A DNA stretch of 64,000 bases, from assembly GCA_900762015.1 (NCBI GenBank), contig CAAFEX010000038.1, positions 6,578 through 70,577 on the forward strand, read 5' to 3'. The notes under the pieces are model-generated. The model searched no databases. It was not told where the DNA came from and saw only the letters and a program-made list of their open reading frames with translations. Of the stretch, positions 51,578 through 60,853 are shown piece by piece. Source of the DNA: an uncultured Collinsella sp. GTDB taxonomy: Bacteria; Actinomycetota; Coriobacteriia; Coriobacteriales; Coriobacteriaceae. Within the stretch, counting starts at the first letter, position 1. Each line of letters opens with the position of its first letter. The translations under genes and the position numbers were made by a program.

Positions 51578-52558
51578 CTAGACATTCATAAGCTGATGGC
51601 CAAGCTTGAGCGTCTTGAGACCGCTCTCCCCCTCCACGCCATCGAGCGTGTTGAGCAACATATTGGTCGCCTCGACGCCACTGGTCAGGTATCCGTAATG
51701 CACGGTGGGAATGCCGCCCGTCAGCGCGCGCAAAAATGCGTTGTCGCCGAAACCGCTCACGCGACGCACACCCTCGCCCATGCCACGCACCTCGTCAAGA
51801 GCGCGCAGAGCGCCGGCCGCCATAGTGTCGGTCGCGCACGCGATAAACGAAACATCGGGGGCATCGGCAAGCAGTTCGCGCGCAGCGCGATAGCCCGAGT
51901 CGAGCGTAAAGGATCCCTGGCGAATCAGGCTCGGATCAAGCACCACGCCCGCAGCGCCCAAGCCAGCCTCAAAACCGCGACGACGGTCGTAACCGGCCGC
52001 GCGGTCTTCTTCGGTAACACCGATGTAGGCGATTTTGCCCTCAGCACGCTTCGCGAGCGCCTGACCCAGCTCGAAAGCGGCCTCGTAATCATCGTGATAA
52101 ACACACGCCGCGCCCTCGACGTTTTGACCAATGACCACAAGGGGTACGCGACAAGACTCAATCGCTCGACGGTGCTCGCCGGTGATCATGGTTGCCACCA
52201 GCACGATGCCGTCGACCGGGTGGTTTTGGAATAAATCGAGATATTCGAGCTCGCGATCGGGGACGTTGTCGGTATTGGCAAGCAACATCTGGTACCCGCG
52301 GCGGCCAAGCACCTGCCCGATGCCCGCCGTAATGCGGCTCACCGACTCGGAATTAATCTTAGGCACGATGACGCCGATGAGCTTGGTGGAGCCGGTACGC
52401 AGCGCGCGAGCCTGGCTGGACCGCACGTATCCGGTCAGCTCAATCGCCTGCTTAATGCGCTCGGCCTTGTCCGCCGAGATATACCCACCGTTGAGGTAGC
52501 GCGAGACGGCGGCGCTCGAAACGCCAGCCAACTCGGCCACATCTTTCATCTTTACCAC
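51578..52558 (-). CDS. scrR: LacI-family repressor of the sucrose locus
   Basis: MKDVAELAGVSSAAVSRYLN HTH plus sugar-binding domain. Confidence 0.9.
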   Translation of the reverse strand: MVKMKDVAELAGVSSAAVSRYLNGGYISADKAERIKQAIELTGYVRSSQARALRTGSTKLIGVIVPKINSESVSRITAGIGQVLGRRGYQMLLANTDNVPDRELEYLDLFQNHPVDGIVLVATMITGEHRRAIESCRVPLVVIGQNVEGAACVYHDDYEAAFELGQALAKRAEGKIAYIGVTEEDRAAGYDRRRGFEAGLGAAGVVLDPSLIRQGSFTLDSGYRAARELLADAPDVSFIACATDTMAAGALRALDEVRGMGEGVRRVSGFGDNAFLRALTGGIPTVHYGYLTSGVEATNMLLNTLDGVEGESGLKTLKLGHQLMNV

Positions 52559-52573
52559 GAGCACCCCTGTCAT

Positions 52574-52587
52574 TGAAATCGCTTTCA
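52574..52587. promoter_or_regulatory. LacI-family operator upstream of scrR (autoregulation)
   Basis: TGAAATCGCTTTCA, same consensus as the scrA boxes. Confidence 0.75.
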
Positions 52588-52641
52588 CCATGATACCCGT
52601 GACGGCGCTTCGGATAAATCAATATCACCCAGGTCGAGCAA

Positions 52642-52760
52642 ACGTCAGCGAGCGGGCAGCTGCCGTGGCGAGGTGCCGCGAAAGAGGAGCGAAGCGTACT
52701 TCATGTACGCGAGCGACGGTTTGAGCGGCAGATCGCCCGGCAGATGCCCGCGCAGCGTCG
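52642..52760. repeat. ERIC-like long imperfect palindrome
   Basis: Nested stems GCGGGCAGCTGCCG/CGGCAGATGCCCGC and TGCCGC/GCGGCA, apical GCGTAC-TTCAT-GTACGC. Confidence 0.6.
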
Positions 52761-52765
52761 AGCGG

Positions 52766-52788
52766 TCCGGCGTTCGTTAGACGCCGGA
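52766..52788 (-). terminator. Hairpin after DUF4956 gene
   Basis: TCCGGCGT/ACGCCGGA stem just past the stop codon; no good U-tract. Confidence 0.4.
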
Positions 52789-52794
52789 ACATAG

Positions 52795-53460
52795 TTATCC
52801 ATGATACTCGCCGTTGTACTGGATGAGGGTCAGGTCCTCAACGCCATCGAGCGTGCGAATCGCGTCGGCATAGGGCATGTCCACGCCGTCCGAGAATACC
52901 TCCACGGCCATCTCGACTTTGTCGCCGTGCATCGTCTTGGACTTAACGGTGAACTTGGTACGCCCAAACGCGCGCACGATATCGTCGCCGGTGGTCTGGC
53001 CCGTGTAGTGAATGACCATCATGTACACGCGCGCCTTGTCCTGATGGCTCGCAAAGCCGGCAATCATCACCACGATCACCACCGCCGTGAGCCCCACGAG
53101 CGCATACATACCGGCTCCCGCCGTAATGCCCGTGGTAATGGACCAAAACAGATACAGCAGGTCGAGCGGGTCCTTGACCGCCGTACGGTAGCGGACGATA
53201 GACAGAGCACCGACCATACCAAGCGAGATGACCACGTTTGTCGAGATCGCGAGCGTGACCATGCAGGTGAGCACGCACATGCCCACGAGCGTCACGGCAA
53301 AACTGCGCGAATAGACCACGCCAGTAAAAAAGCGCTTGTACACGTAGTAGATCAGGATGCCCATGGCGAGCGCCACGAGCAGCGAAAGGCCGATCTTGGC
53401 AGGGTCGACCTGGCCAAACGCCTCCAAGACGGAGTTCTTAAAAAAGTCCCTGGTGCTCAT
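52795..53460 (-). CDS. DUF4956 family membrane protein
   Basis: YSRSF..TL, SLGMVGALSIVRYRTAVKDP and FWSI..G...GAG motifs; about 4 TM helices plus a C-terminal soluble domain. Confidence 0.9.
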   Translation of the reverse strand: MSTRDFFKNSVLEAFGQVDPAKIGLSLLVALAMGILIYYVYKRFFTGVVYSRSFAVTLVGMCVLTCMVTLAISTNVVISLGMVGALSIVRYRTAVKDPLDLLYLFWSITTGITAGAGMYALVGLTAVVIVVMIAGFASHQDKARVYMMVIHYTGQTTGDDIVRAFGRTKFTVKSKTMHGDKVEMAVEVFSDGVDMPYADAIRTLDGVEDLTLIQYNGEYHG

Positions 53461-53463
53461 GGT

Positions 53464-54255
53464 CTAAATATCCCCTCGGTTCCCAAAATCCGATTCCCAG
53501 TAGTTAAAACCGCGCAGGTAGGCGGTCTTGTCATAACACAGGCAGTACTTAGAGACCGCCGTGAGTTCGGCCGCACCCGGCGGCACCATATCGCGCACCA
53601 GCTGTGGGCAAAACTCGGTAAACTTGACCTCCATCACCAGCTTGCCGGGCTCCAGCACGGGCAACGCGGGCAACGTCGCGTCAAAGATGTCAAAGCTCCC
53701 CACCGCCGCACGCACGTTGCTATCAAAGGTAATGCGCACGGTGCCCTCGTCCATCACCCACGGCTCGCGCTCGTAGTCCACGATGGTCCGCGGGCGCATC
53801 ATATTACAGATGCACTCGATGTAGAACTCGCGACAGAGCGGATAGGGGCTCCTCAGCAAAAAGTCGTAGTCGCCAGCCAGAATCTGCTCGAACTCGTCAC
53901 GCGTGAGCGGCGCGTCCTCCTTGTAGATCCAGCTGCCGTACTTCTTTTTGCGCTCGAGCTTAATCACCTTGTCGCTGCCGTTATAGATGCGCACGCGATA
54001 CTTTTTGCGCATGAGAATACCGGCGTCTTTTTCCTCGTAGGCCGAGTTGCAGTAGTCGTCAAAGTACAGGCTGCGAATGGTATAACCGCCCGCCTGCGCA
54101 TGCTTGTCCAGCTTAAACACCGGCGCCATGCGACAGGCAAGCGCGGCGTGCTCGCCCTCGTTAATGAGATATTTGAGCTCGTGGCGGTAACGCTCCTGCG
54201 TGGCACGCACAGGCGGAGCTGCCAAGCGCTCAAGCAGCGCGCTAGCCCTCCTCAT
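53464..54255 (-). CDS. VTC-domain (polyphosphate polymerase-like, CYTH/TTM fold) protein
   Basis: RHELKY, IRSLYFD, KYRVRIY, LERKKK, YERE, RITFD, EVKF and SKY motifs. Confidence 0.92.
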   Translation of the reverse strand: MRRASALLERLAAPPVRATQERYRHELKYLINEGEHAALACRMAPVFKLDKHAQAGGYTIRSLYFDDYCNSAYEEKDAGILMRKKYRVRIYNGSDKVIKLERKKKYGSWIYKEDAPLTRDEFEQILAGDYDFLLRSPYPLCREFYIECICNMMRPRTIVDYEREPWVMDEGTVRITFDSNVRAAVGSFDIFDATLPALPVLEPGKLVMEVKFTEFCPQLVRDMVPPGAAELTAVSKYCLCYDKTAYLRGFNYWESDFGNRGDI

Positions 54256-56011
54256 ACGTATCCTCCACGACCTTACCGCCGTCCTGCACGTAAAAACACT
54301 TCATGCCGTAGTGCTTGCCGTCGTCGGTCACATAGTAGTCAAACGCATCTTGCGTATAGCCGTCGGAGTTGGTGGCGCGCACGCGCACAAAATACTGGCC
54401 GGCATCGGGCGCATCACAGGTCACCTCGGGAAGTAGCACGTCCTCGGCCTTAAAAAGCACGTCGCTTATGGCATAGTCGCGCGCCAGCTCCACGGTATAG
54501 CGAATGTCACGCGCTTTAAAGTCGTAGGACGCATCCCAGTTCATACGCAGCTTACCGTTATCGATCTGCGGCACGCCAATGTAGAACGGCATGGGCTTTT
54601 TATAGCTCTCGCAGTAGCTCTTATAGTTCTCCTCGATCTCGGAGGGAATCGCCGCGGCGATCTGCTCGTATTGGTCCTTGGTGACAGGCAGATTGTCGGT
54701 ATCGGGCGAAGCAAAGACCAGCGATTCGGTAACCTCGCGATAATGTTTGATCATCTTGGCCAGGCGCGCCTCGGTCATATACGAGCGCAGGTCCTTTACG
54801 GCGCGGTCGAGCTCACTGCGAAACGCCTTACTGCGCAGCGCACGATTGAATAGCACGTTGCCCCAGTAGTTGCTTACGCCGCGCTCCCAGCTCGCATAGT
54901 CCGAGAACCCGGTAAGAGAAAGCTCCAGCTTACGCAGCATGCCGTCGTTATCCCAATCCAGGATATACCAGACCTTGGAGTTAAGCGGGCTGTACAGATA
55001 GCAGTTACGGTTCTGCGTATCGCAGTTGCCCGTCAGGATCTGAAACGCCAGCCAATAGACCAGATTCTCGGTATCAAAGTAGGTGTCGAGCACGTTATCG
55101 ATCTTTTGCGATTCGTCGTTGAGCGCATCGAGCATCTCGATGAGCTTGGTGTGGTCCGAATCGCCCTTAATCTCGAGCATGCCCTCGAAGTTTGCCTGGT
55201 TGTAGTCGGGATCGTCGGCAAGCTTAATGGTGTCCTCGTAGCGATGGAAATCAAAGCTGTTCACCTTGTACAGGTACCCGCTCTTATCCAGGCCATGTGC
55301 CTTAAGCGCCGTCTTGTTGAGCTGCTCCACCTGCGTAAACAGGCCGTAGTCCTCAAAGGTATCGTTGGACTTTTCGGTCTGGTCGCACACCCACAGATGC
55401 ACAAACTGCGTACGCAGGCCCATCATCTGGGGAATCCCGCGGATAAGGTCGTAGGCCATCTTGTTGCGAAAACGCATACCCTCGCCCATGTGCTTGTTGA
55501 GCGCAATCGCGCGCTGTTGGCGCCAGGTGCCCTTGCCCTTTTTGAGCTCCACCTTGTAATTCTTTTGCGTGTAGGAGCTCGATGTCTGGCCGCGCACCTG
55601 CACGGTGGCATTGGGCGCTTCCTCGCCATAGCCAACCTCGCCGGCCACCGGGCCGTCTTCGTCGCCCGCCTGCAGCAGGCCCATAACCTGATAGCGCGTC
55701 ACGCCCATGTCGGCATAGTCATACACCGAGTACGTGTTGATCTCGGCCCAGCTATGGTCCGTGTTCTCGGAGCTGTTGCCGCGAGAGACCGTCAGATACA
55801 TGGTCACAATGCCCGAGTCATCATAGACCTCGTACAGCTCGTCCTTATCGCGCAGATGCTTGGACTGGGCGGAGGCCTCGGCCTTTTTAATCTTGTCCTG
55901 CTTTTTTACCTTATTTGTCGAGGATTCGTCCTGAGATGAGCAGCCTGAAAGCAGCAGCGCGCCGGCAGCCGCCTCGATCAGACAGCGGCGAGACATCAAC
56001 TTATCGATCAT
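54242..56011 (-). CDS. CotH kinase family lipoprotein
   Basis: VRGQTSS..QKNYK, NCYLY and WDND motifs; N-terminal SRR..LLLSGC (twin-Arg plus lipobox); C-terminal beta-rich FN3-like segment. Confidence 0.88.
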   Translation of the reverse strand: MIDKLMSRRCLIEAAAGALLLSGCSSQDESSTNKVKKQDKIKKAEASAQSKHLRDKDELYEVYDDSGIVTMYLTVSRGNSSENTDHSWAEINTYSVYDYADMGVTRYQVMGLLQAGDEDGPVAGEVGYGEEAPNATVQVRGQTSSSYTQKNYKVELKKGKGTWRQQRAIALNKHMGEGMRFRNKMAYDLIRGIPQMMGLRTQFVHLWVCDQTEKSNDTFEDYGLFTQVEQLNKTALKAHGLDKSGYLYKVNSFDFHRYEDTIKLADDPDYNQANFEGMLEIKGDSDHTKLIEMLDALNDESQKIDNVLDTYFDTENLVYWLAFQILTGNCDTQNRNCYLYSPLNSKVWYILDWDNDGMLRKLELSLTGFSDYASWERGVSNYWGNVLFNRALRSKAFRSELDRAVKDLRSYMTEARLAKMIKHYREVTESLVFASPDTDNLPVTKDQYEQIAAAIPSEIEENYKSYCESYKKPMPFYIGVPQIDNGKLRMNWDASYDFKARDIRYTVELARDYAISDVLFKAEDVLLPEVTCDAPDAGQYFVRVRATNSDGYTQDAFDYYVTDDGKHYGMKCFYVQDGGKVVEDTYEEG

Positions 56012-57545
56012 CAGAACCTCCCCAATGGTTGCGATACACGCGAGCTACTGCGCGCTGAAACGCGCCGTGTGGCACGCCCTTATGGCGACCTTCCTCATAG
56101 CGCTGCTCGGCACGGTCGAGCAAGCGGCCCAGCTGTGTAAAACGACCCGTTTTGTCGGTCGCCACAATGGGCTGCTGGCTCAGGATACGATACGGCAAGT
56201 TGGCGGTATAGGTATCGAGCCGCAGCAGGGCCACGATAAAAAACACCACCGCACCCAACAAAAAGCCAAAGCCGTAAAACTGCTGCGGCAAAAGCAACGA
56301 CACGGCGGTCGCCAGCCCTACCACACCGGCAAACAGGCCCGAGGCCAGAACGGCTCCCTTGTAGTCGGTAAAGTACAGCAAGATAAGCAGGATCGTGTTG
56401 CCCACGGCATACAGGCCGTAGCCTACGCATAACGTGCGAAAATACCCGTGCATAAGATTGTTAAAGCCCAGCGGCAGGGCCGAGAGCACTGTGGTCTCGA
56501 GCGAGATGACCGCCGCGGTCACAAACAGCTGCTTGAGCGCGCAAAAGCGCAGTTCGCTGTTGAGCGTGGAGAGCATCTCCTCCTCGGCCACCACAATATC
56601 GCCCACCACGCCGCCGTCGTTAAACAGGCTGTAGTAGTCACGGTAGCGCGGATAGAAATTGACCTCGACCGACACCACAAAGTTGACGGTCGTGACGAGT
56701 GTGGTCAAAAACGCAATGAGTGCCGGAACGTCATGGTAAGGAGCCCCGTAAAACAGGCCTTTGATCTGCACGCCAATAGGGCCCGCCCAGATAATAACCA
56801 AGTGTGCGAAAAGTCCCAAGTTGGTAAACAGCCCCGTAAGCGCAAGCGGCATAAATTGGTCGAGCCAGCGCAAAAAACGCCAGGGACTCCGATCACTCTG
56901 TGGAAAATACCGGTACAGCAGTACCACATCCCAGGCAAGCATGACGCCGTAGCCTAGGGCGATTGACGCCAACAGGCCCTCGACCGGCGGCAGTCCCAAC
57001 GCCAGCGCTGCCAGGGCGCACAGGCACGCCACGCCAATGGCGGCCGCAAAGCTGCACAGAATGCCACGATAATCTTTGATGGCCGTGAGATAGCTCATGC
57101 CGTTCCAGTTGACGATCATGATGTTGAAGAGCCACAGGCACAGCAGCCCCTGCAGCAGCGTGGCCCCCGAGAACAGCAAAAAGACGCCGTAGAGCACCGT
57201 GCCCGAAACGAGCATGATGGCATTAGATCCCCAAAACGAAGGCAGGATCTCATCCTCGCGCTCGGCAAAGAGCATGTCGGCCAAAAAGCGCGTGACCGGC
57301 ATGGAGAAAAAGCTTGTGAGCGTAAGCGACGCCAGCAGCGTATAGGTCACCATGCACACCAGCAGATCCTGGTTGGCGCGGCCCACACCCCACAGACCGC
57401 ACAGCACCAAGATACCCACCTGGAGCAGCACGCCAAGCAGCATGGGGCCCGTGCACACAATGCCGGCGTAGCCATAGGCGCGCATCGTAGCAAACAGACC
57501 CTTGCGCCTAAACAGGCGTTTGAGCTCAAAACCGATTCCGGCCAC
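56001..57545 (-). CDS. pelG: Exopolysaccharide Pel transporter PelG
   Basis: MAGIGFEL start, GP, TRFLAD and Y(H)DVP..AFL motifs; about 12 TM helices. Confidence 0.93.
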   Translation of the reverse strand: MAGIGFELKRLFRRKGLFATMRAYGYAGIVCTGPMLLGVLLQVGILVLCGLWGVGRANQDLLVCMVTYTLLASLTLTSFFSMPVTRFLADMLFAEREDEILPSFWGSNAIMLVSGTVLYGVFLLFSGATLLQGLLCLWLFNIMIVNWNGMSYLTAIKDYRGILCSFAAAIGVACLCALAALALGLPPVEGLLASIALGYGVMLAWDVVLLYRYFPQSDRSPWRFLRWLDQFMPLALTGLFTNLGLFAHLVIIWAGPIGVQIKGLFYGAPYHDVPALIAFLTTLVTTVNFVVSVEVNFYPRYRDYYSLFNDGGVVGDIVVAEEEMLSTLNSELRFCALKQLFVTAAVISLETTVLSALPLGFNNLMHGYFRTLCVGYGLYAVGNTILLILLYFTDYKGAVLASGLFAGVVGLATAVSLLLPQQFYGFGFLLGAVVFFIVALLRLDTYTANLPYRILSQQPIVATDKTGRFTQLGRLLDRAEQRYEEGRHKGVPHGAFQRAVARVYRNHWGGSDDR

Positions 57546-57548
57546 CGG

Positions 57549-58976
57549 CTACTCCCCCTCTCTGGGCAGGTCAAACGCACGCGCCGTCTCGTTGTACAGC
57601 GCGCGATAGTTGGCGAGCATCTGCTCGTGCAAAAAGTACGTGGAAACGCGACGCTGGCCGCGCTCCCCCATCTCAATGCGGCGGGCGCGGCTCGCGCACA
57701 TGCGCTCCATGGCATCGGCCAAGCCCTTGCGATACATGGGCGGCGTCAAAAAACCTGCCACGCCAAAGTCATCGCCCGGGGCGCCTTCGAGCAGCTCGCG
57801 GCAGCAGCCCACCTCGGTCGTCACGCAGGGACGGCGCGCTGCAAGCGACTCCAGCACGCTGAGCGGCTGGCCCTCGGAGATGCTCGTCAAAATGGTAAAG
57901 TCGAGCTTTTCCATGTACTCGACCACGTTGACGCGACCGGTAAAGATCAGGTCGCGCACGCCCAGGGTATCGACGAGCGCATGGCACTCGGCACCGTACT
58001 CCTCGTCGTCTACGCCGCCCATGATGTGCAGACGCACCTTGGGCAGGCGCTCGTGCAACTCAAAGAAGGCATAGATCATGGTCTTGACGTCCTTGATGGG
58101 CGCCAGACGCACCACCGCGCCAATGTCCACCCAGCCGTCATCGGGCTTTAAGGGGATGTCCTTAAAGCGGTCAAACTGGATGCCGTTGGGGATGACCAGA
58201 CATTTGTCCGCATCGCAGCCCATATCGATCTGCGTCTTGCGGGCGTTATGAAACAAGCTCGTCACGCGGAAGGCGCGGCGGTAAATCTCCTCCGAAAGCA
58301 GGTAGAAAAAGCGAATCCAGCGGTCCTTAAACGACGGCACGACCCAGTCGGCGCGAATGATCTCTTCCTCGCGCTCGCGGGTATAAATGCCGTGCTCGGT
58401 CAACAGCACAGGAGCCTGGTGAACGCTTGAGCCCAGGCAGGCGAGCAGGCCGCCGTAGCCGGTCGAGATGGCGTGGTACACATCGGCCACCGGCACCTCG
58501 CTGCCCAGAAGGTAGAGCACGGGCAGCAGCATGGAGCGCATGGTGTGGAATGCATCGGCAAAGGGCGTGTAGGGGTACTCGGCCAGGCACACGTCGCGAA
58601 AGATATCCATAAACGTGCGGCTCTGCAAAAACGAGAGCGGATGCACGCGACGGCGCTGGAAGATATCGAACAACACGTCCCAGTCCGGATTGGAGAGCGA
58701 TACCAGGCGGCGCAGTGCCTCGCGCTCGCGGGCGTTAAAGTCGGCCTCTTCTTGCTCGCCCGAAAGGCGCAGGGCGTCGTCCAGAAACACCTCGTGTACC
58801 TCGACCACGTTGCCGGGCAGCTCGTAGACAAACTTGCCTCGGTCGGCAGCATGCGCGCCAATCACCCACAGCACAAACTCGTGCTCGGGCATGGCCTGTA
58901 TGTAGCCGTGCATCCAGGTGGACACGCCGCCGTGCACATAGGGGTAGCAGCCCTCGAGTACCAAGCAGATTCTCAT
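57549..58976 (-). CDS. pelF: GT4 glycosyltransferase PelF
   Basis: EGCYPYVHGGVSTW, HAISTGYGG, LTEHGIYTRER, PIKDVKT and SISEGQPL motifs. Confidence 0.95.
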   Translation of the reverse strand: MRICLVLEGCYPYVHGGVSTWMHGYIQAMPEHEFVLWVIGAHAADRGKFVYELPGNVVEVHEVFLDDALRLSGEQEEADFNAREREALRRLVSLSNPDWDVLFDIFQRRRVHPLSFLQSRTFMDIFRDVCLAEYPYTPFADAFHTMRSMLLPVLYLLGSEVPVADVYHAISTGYGGLLACLGSSVHQAPVLLTEHGIYTREREEEIIRADWVVPSFKDRWIRFFYLLSEEIYRRAFRVTSLFHNARKTQIDMGCDADKCLVIPNGIQFDRFKDIPLKPDDGWVDIGAVVRLAPIKDVKTMIYAFFELHERLPKVRLHIMGGVDDEEYGAECHALVDTLGVRDLIFTGRVNVVEYMEKLDFTILTSISEGQPLSVLESLAARRPCVTTEVGCCRELLEGAPGDDFGVAGFLTPPMYRKGLADAMERMCASRARRIEMGERGQRRVSTYFLHEQMLANYRALYNETARAFDLPREGE

Positions 58977-60853
58977 TTGTCGCCACCCTCCTTGCGTGCA
59001 ATGGTCACCGTCTTGTCCGTGGCTTTAACCAGATACAGATCGCCCGTCAGATGCGTAATCTCGCCACCCGTGACTGCACCCGGCTCGCCGTTGTTGGCGC
59101 GGAACATGAGCCACGCCTCGTCGTGAAAATTGCCCAGGCTGAGCGTCCAAGCATCCGCGCTGGTATCCACGCTCACCGTCACGGACGAAAAGCGTTGGAT
59201 GGCACCGGAGCACTCCGACGCCGTCTGGTGCCGCAGATCGGGCGCGGATTTGGTAAGCCAGTCCAGGTAGTCGGTCAGGCCGCCCTTGTAGACCTCCCAG
59301 CCCTCCTTGGCGCCGCGATCGGGATCTAGCAGATCGTCCGGGTGCATAAAATGCGTACTCACGTAGTGCATGTTGAGCTCGGACACGGCTGCCAGGCGCA
59401 TATAGGAATCGTTGACCATGCCGCCCGAGACAATACGCGGTTGTTCCACAATGCCGTCGCTCGCCACGCCAAACTCCTGCACGTAGGGCAGGTCGGTACC
59501 GTCCTCAAAATACGTACTGGCAATGGTCTTAATGCGCGGAACGTCGGTGCCGATGAGCTTGCGCGCTCGGGCCGAAAGGATATTCGACGGCGGCACGTAA
59601 ACCGAGCCATGAGCGTTGGGCAGGACCTCGTCCTGAAACGCGATAAGTTCGTTGAGCGAAGCGACAAGCGTCTCTTTGTTCTTCCAAGTCTTGTAGACGT
59701 ACAACGTACCATAGTCGGTGTCCCAGAGCGCAAGCGGCTGATGGTTGTAGCCGTGAAAGCCCAGCTCGCCGCCCATCTGCAGCAGCATGCCGCCAAAATA
59801 GCGGAACTGCGTGGTATCGGCCTGTCGCGCGGGCTCGGTCTGGTTGACCGCGTCCTCGTAGTTTTCGATCATCACGCCGGTATAGCGAATGCCGTATTTT
59901 TGCGCGAGCTTTTGCAGATCGGGCCACCAGACCTTGGTGTAAAAATCGGCAATGGAAAGGCCGTAGTCACGCTTGATATAGGTGCCGTCGCCCGAGGGCA
60001 CGGGGCTGGGAAAGTCGTCCAGATAGAAGACGGCGCTGTTGATGACGGGGTAGGCCGTGGCATCGCCCAGCAGGCTGATCGCCGCGGCGTAAAAACCGCG
60101 CATGACCTTGTCATAGATACCGATATTGCACACCACGGTGCGACCGCTACCGCAGTCATTCGACCAAATGAGCGGGGCGCCCGCATCGCCGGTCTTAGCC
60201 CACACACGAGCCGTCTCGCGCAGCGAAACCGAAAGCGACGAATCAAAGGGGTCCGAGAGCTCGTAGCGCTCTCCCCCGCCCAGCATAAAGTCCTCGCTCG
60301 GCACAATGCTTTCGGCTTTTACATAGCCATATCCGGCAGATTCAATGCCAAGCTTGGGAGCAATCACTTGCAGATAGCCCGAGTTATCCGGAGGCATGGC
60401 GAGCATAAGCGAACCGCCGGCACTCACCCAACTCATAATGTCGCTCAGGTGCGTACCGAGCCCATCGAGCGACGGCATGAGCAAAACCACGCGATCGTAG
60501 GAGGTCAGCGAGGGAATGGCATCCGCGCCGTCCAGCGCAAGGTCCACGTCGCGGTGCGCGATCTTCATGTCGAGCAGAATCTGGTCGAACTGCTCCTTTA
60601 CGTCCTCGACGCCAGCTTGATCGGAATCGGTAATGACCAGGCACGTGGGCTTTTGGCCAAATATTGCCGAGGAGGCCGGAACCGCATCGTTGGCGGCAAG
60701 CATCCCCAGCTTATGCTGGCCCGCACTGTACTGCACGCCGGCGCGCTCCACCAGCAGCACGGCCGCCATGGCAATAAAGACCGCCCACACCACAAGCAGC
60801 CCCATCCAGCGAAAATGGCCCGCACGGGCGCGGATATGCTGTACCACGCTCAT
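58973..60853 (-). CDS. pelA: DUF2194 / PelA deacetylase-like membrane-anchored protein
   Basis: N-terminal TM helix; YLDDFPSP, ELGFHGYNH, YVPPSN and HFMHPDD (CE4-like); ATGA overlaps on both sides. Confidence 0.82.
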   Translation of the reverse strand: MSVVQHIRARAGHFRWMGLLVVWAVFIAMAAVLLVERAGVQYSAGQHKLGMLAANDAVPASSAIFGQKPTCLVITDSDQAGVEDVKEQFDQILLDMKIAHRDVDLALDGADAIPSLTSYDRVVLLMPSLDGLGTHLSDIMSWVSAGGSLMLAMPPDNSGYLQVIAPKLGIESAGYGYVKAESIVPSEDFMLGGGERYELSDPFDSSLSVSLRETARVWAKTGDAGAPLIWSNDCGSGRTVVCNIGIYDKVMRGFYAAAISLLGDATAYPVINSAVFYLDDFPSPVPSGDGTYIKRDYGLSIADFYTKVWWPDLQKLAQKYGIRYTGVMIENYEDAVNQTEPARQADTTQFRYFGGMLLQMGGELGFHGYNHQPLALWDTDYGTLYVYKTWKNKETLVASLNELIAFQDEVLPNAHGSVYVPPSNILSARARKLIGTDVPRIKTIASTYFEDGTDLPYVQEFGVASDGIVEQPRIVSGGMVNDSYMRLAAVSELNMHYVSTHFMHPDDLLDPDRGAKEGWEVYKGGLTDYLDWLTKSAPDLRHQTASECSGAIQRFSSVTVSVDTSADAWTLSLGNFHDEAWLMFRANNGEPGAVTGGEITHLTGDLYLVKATDKTVTIARKEGGDK

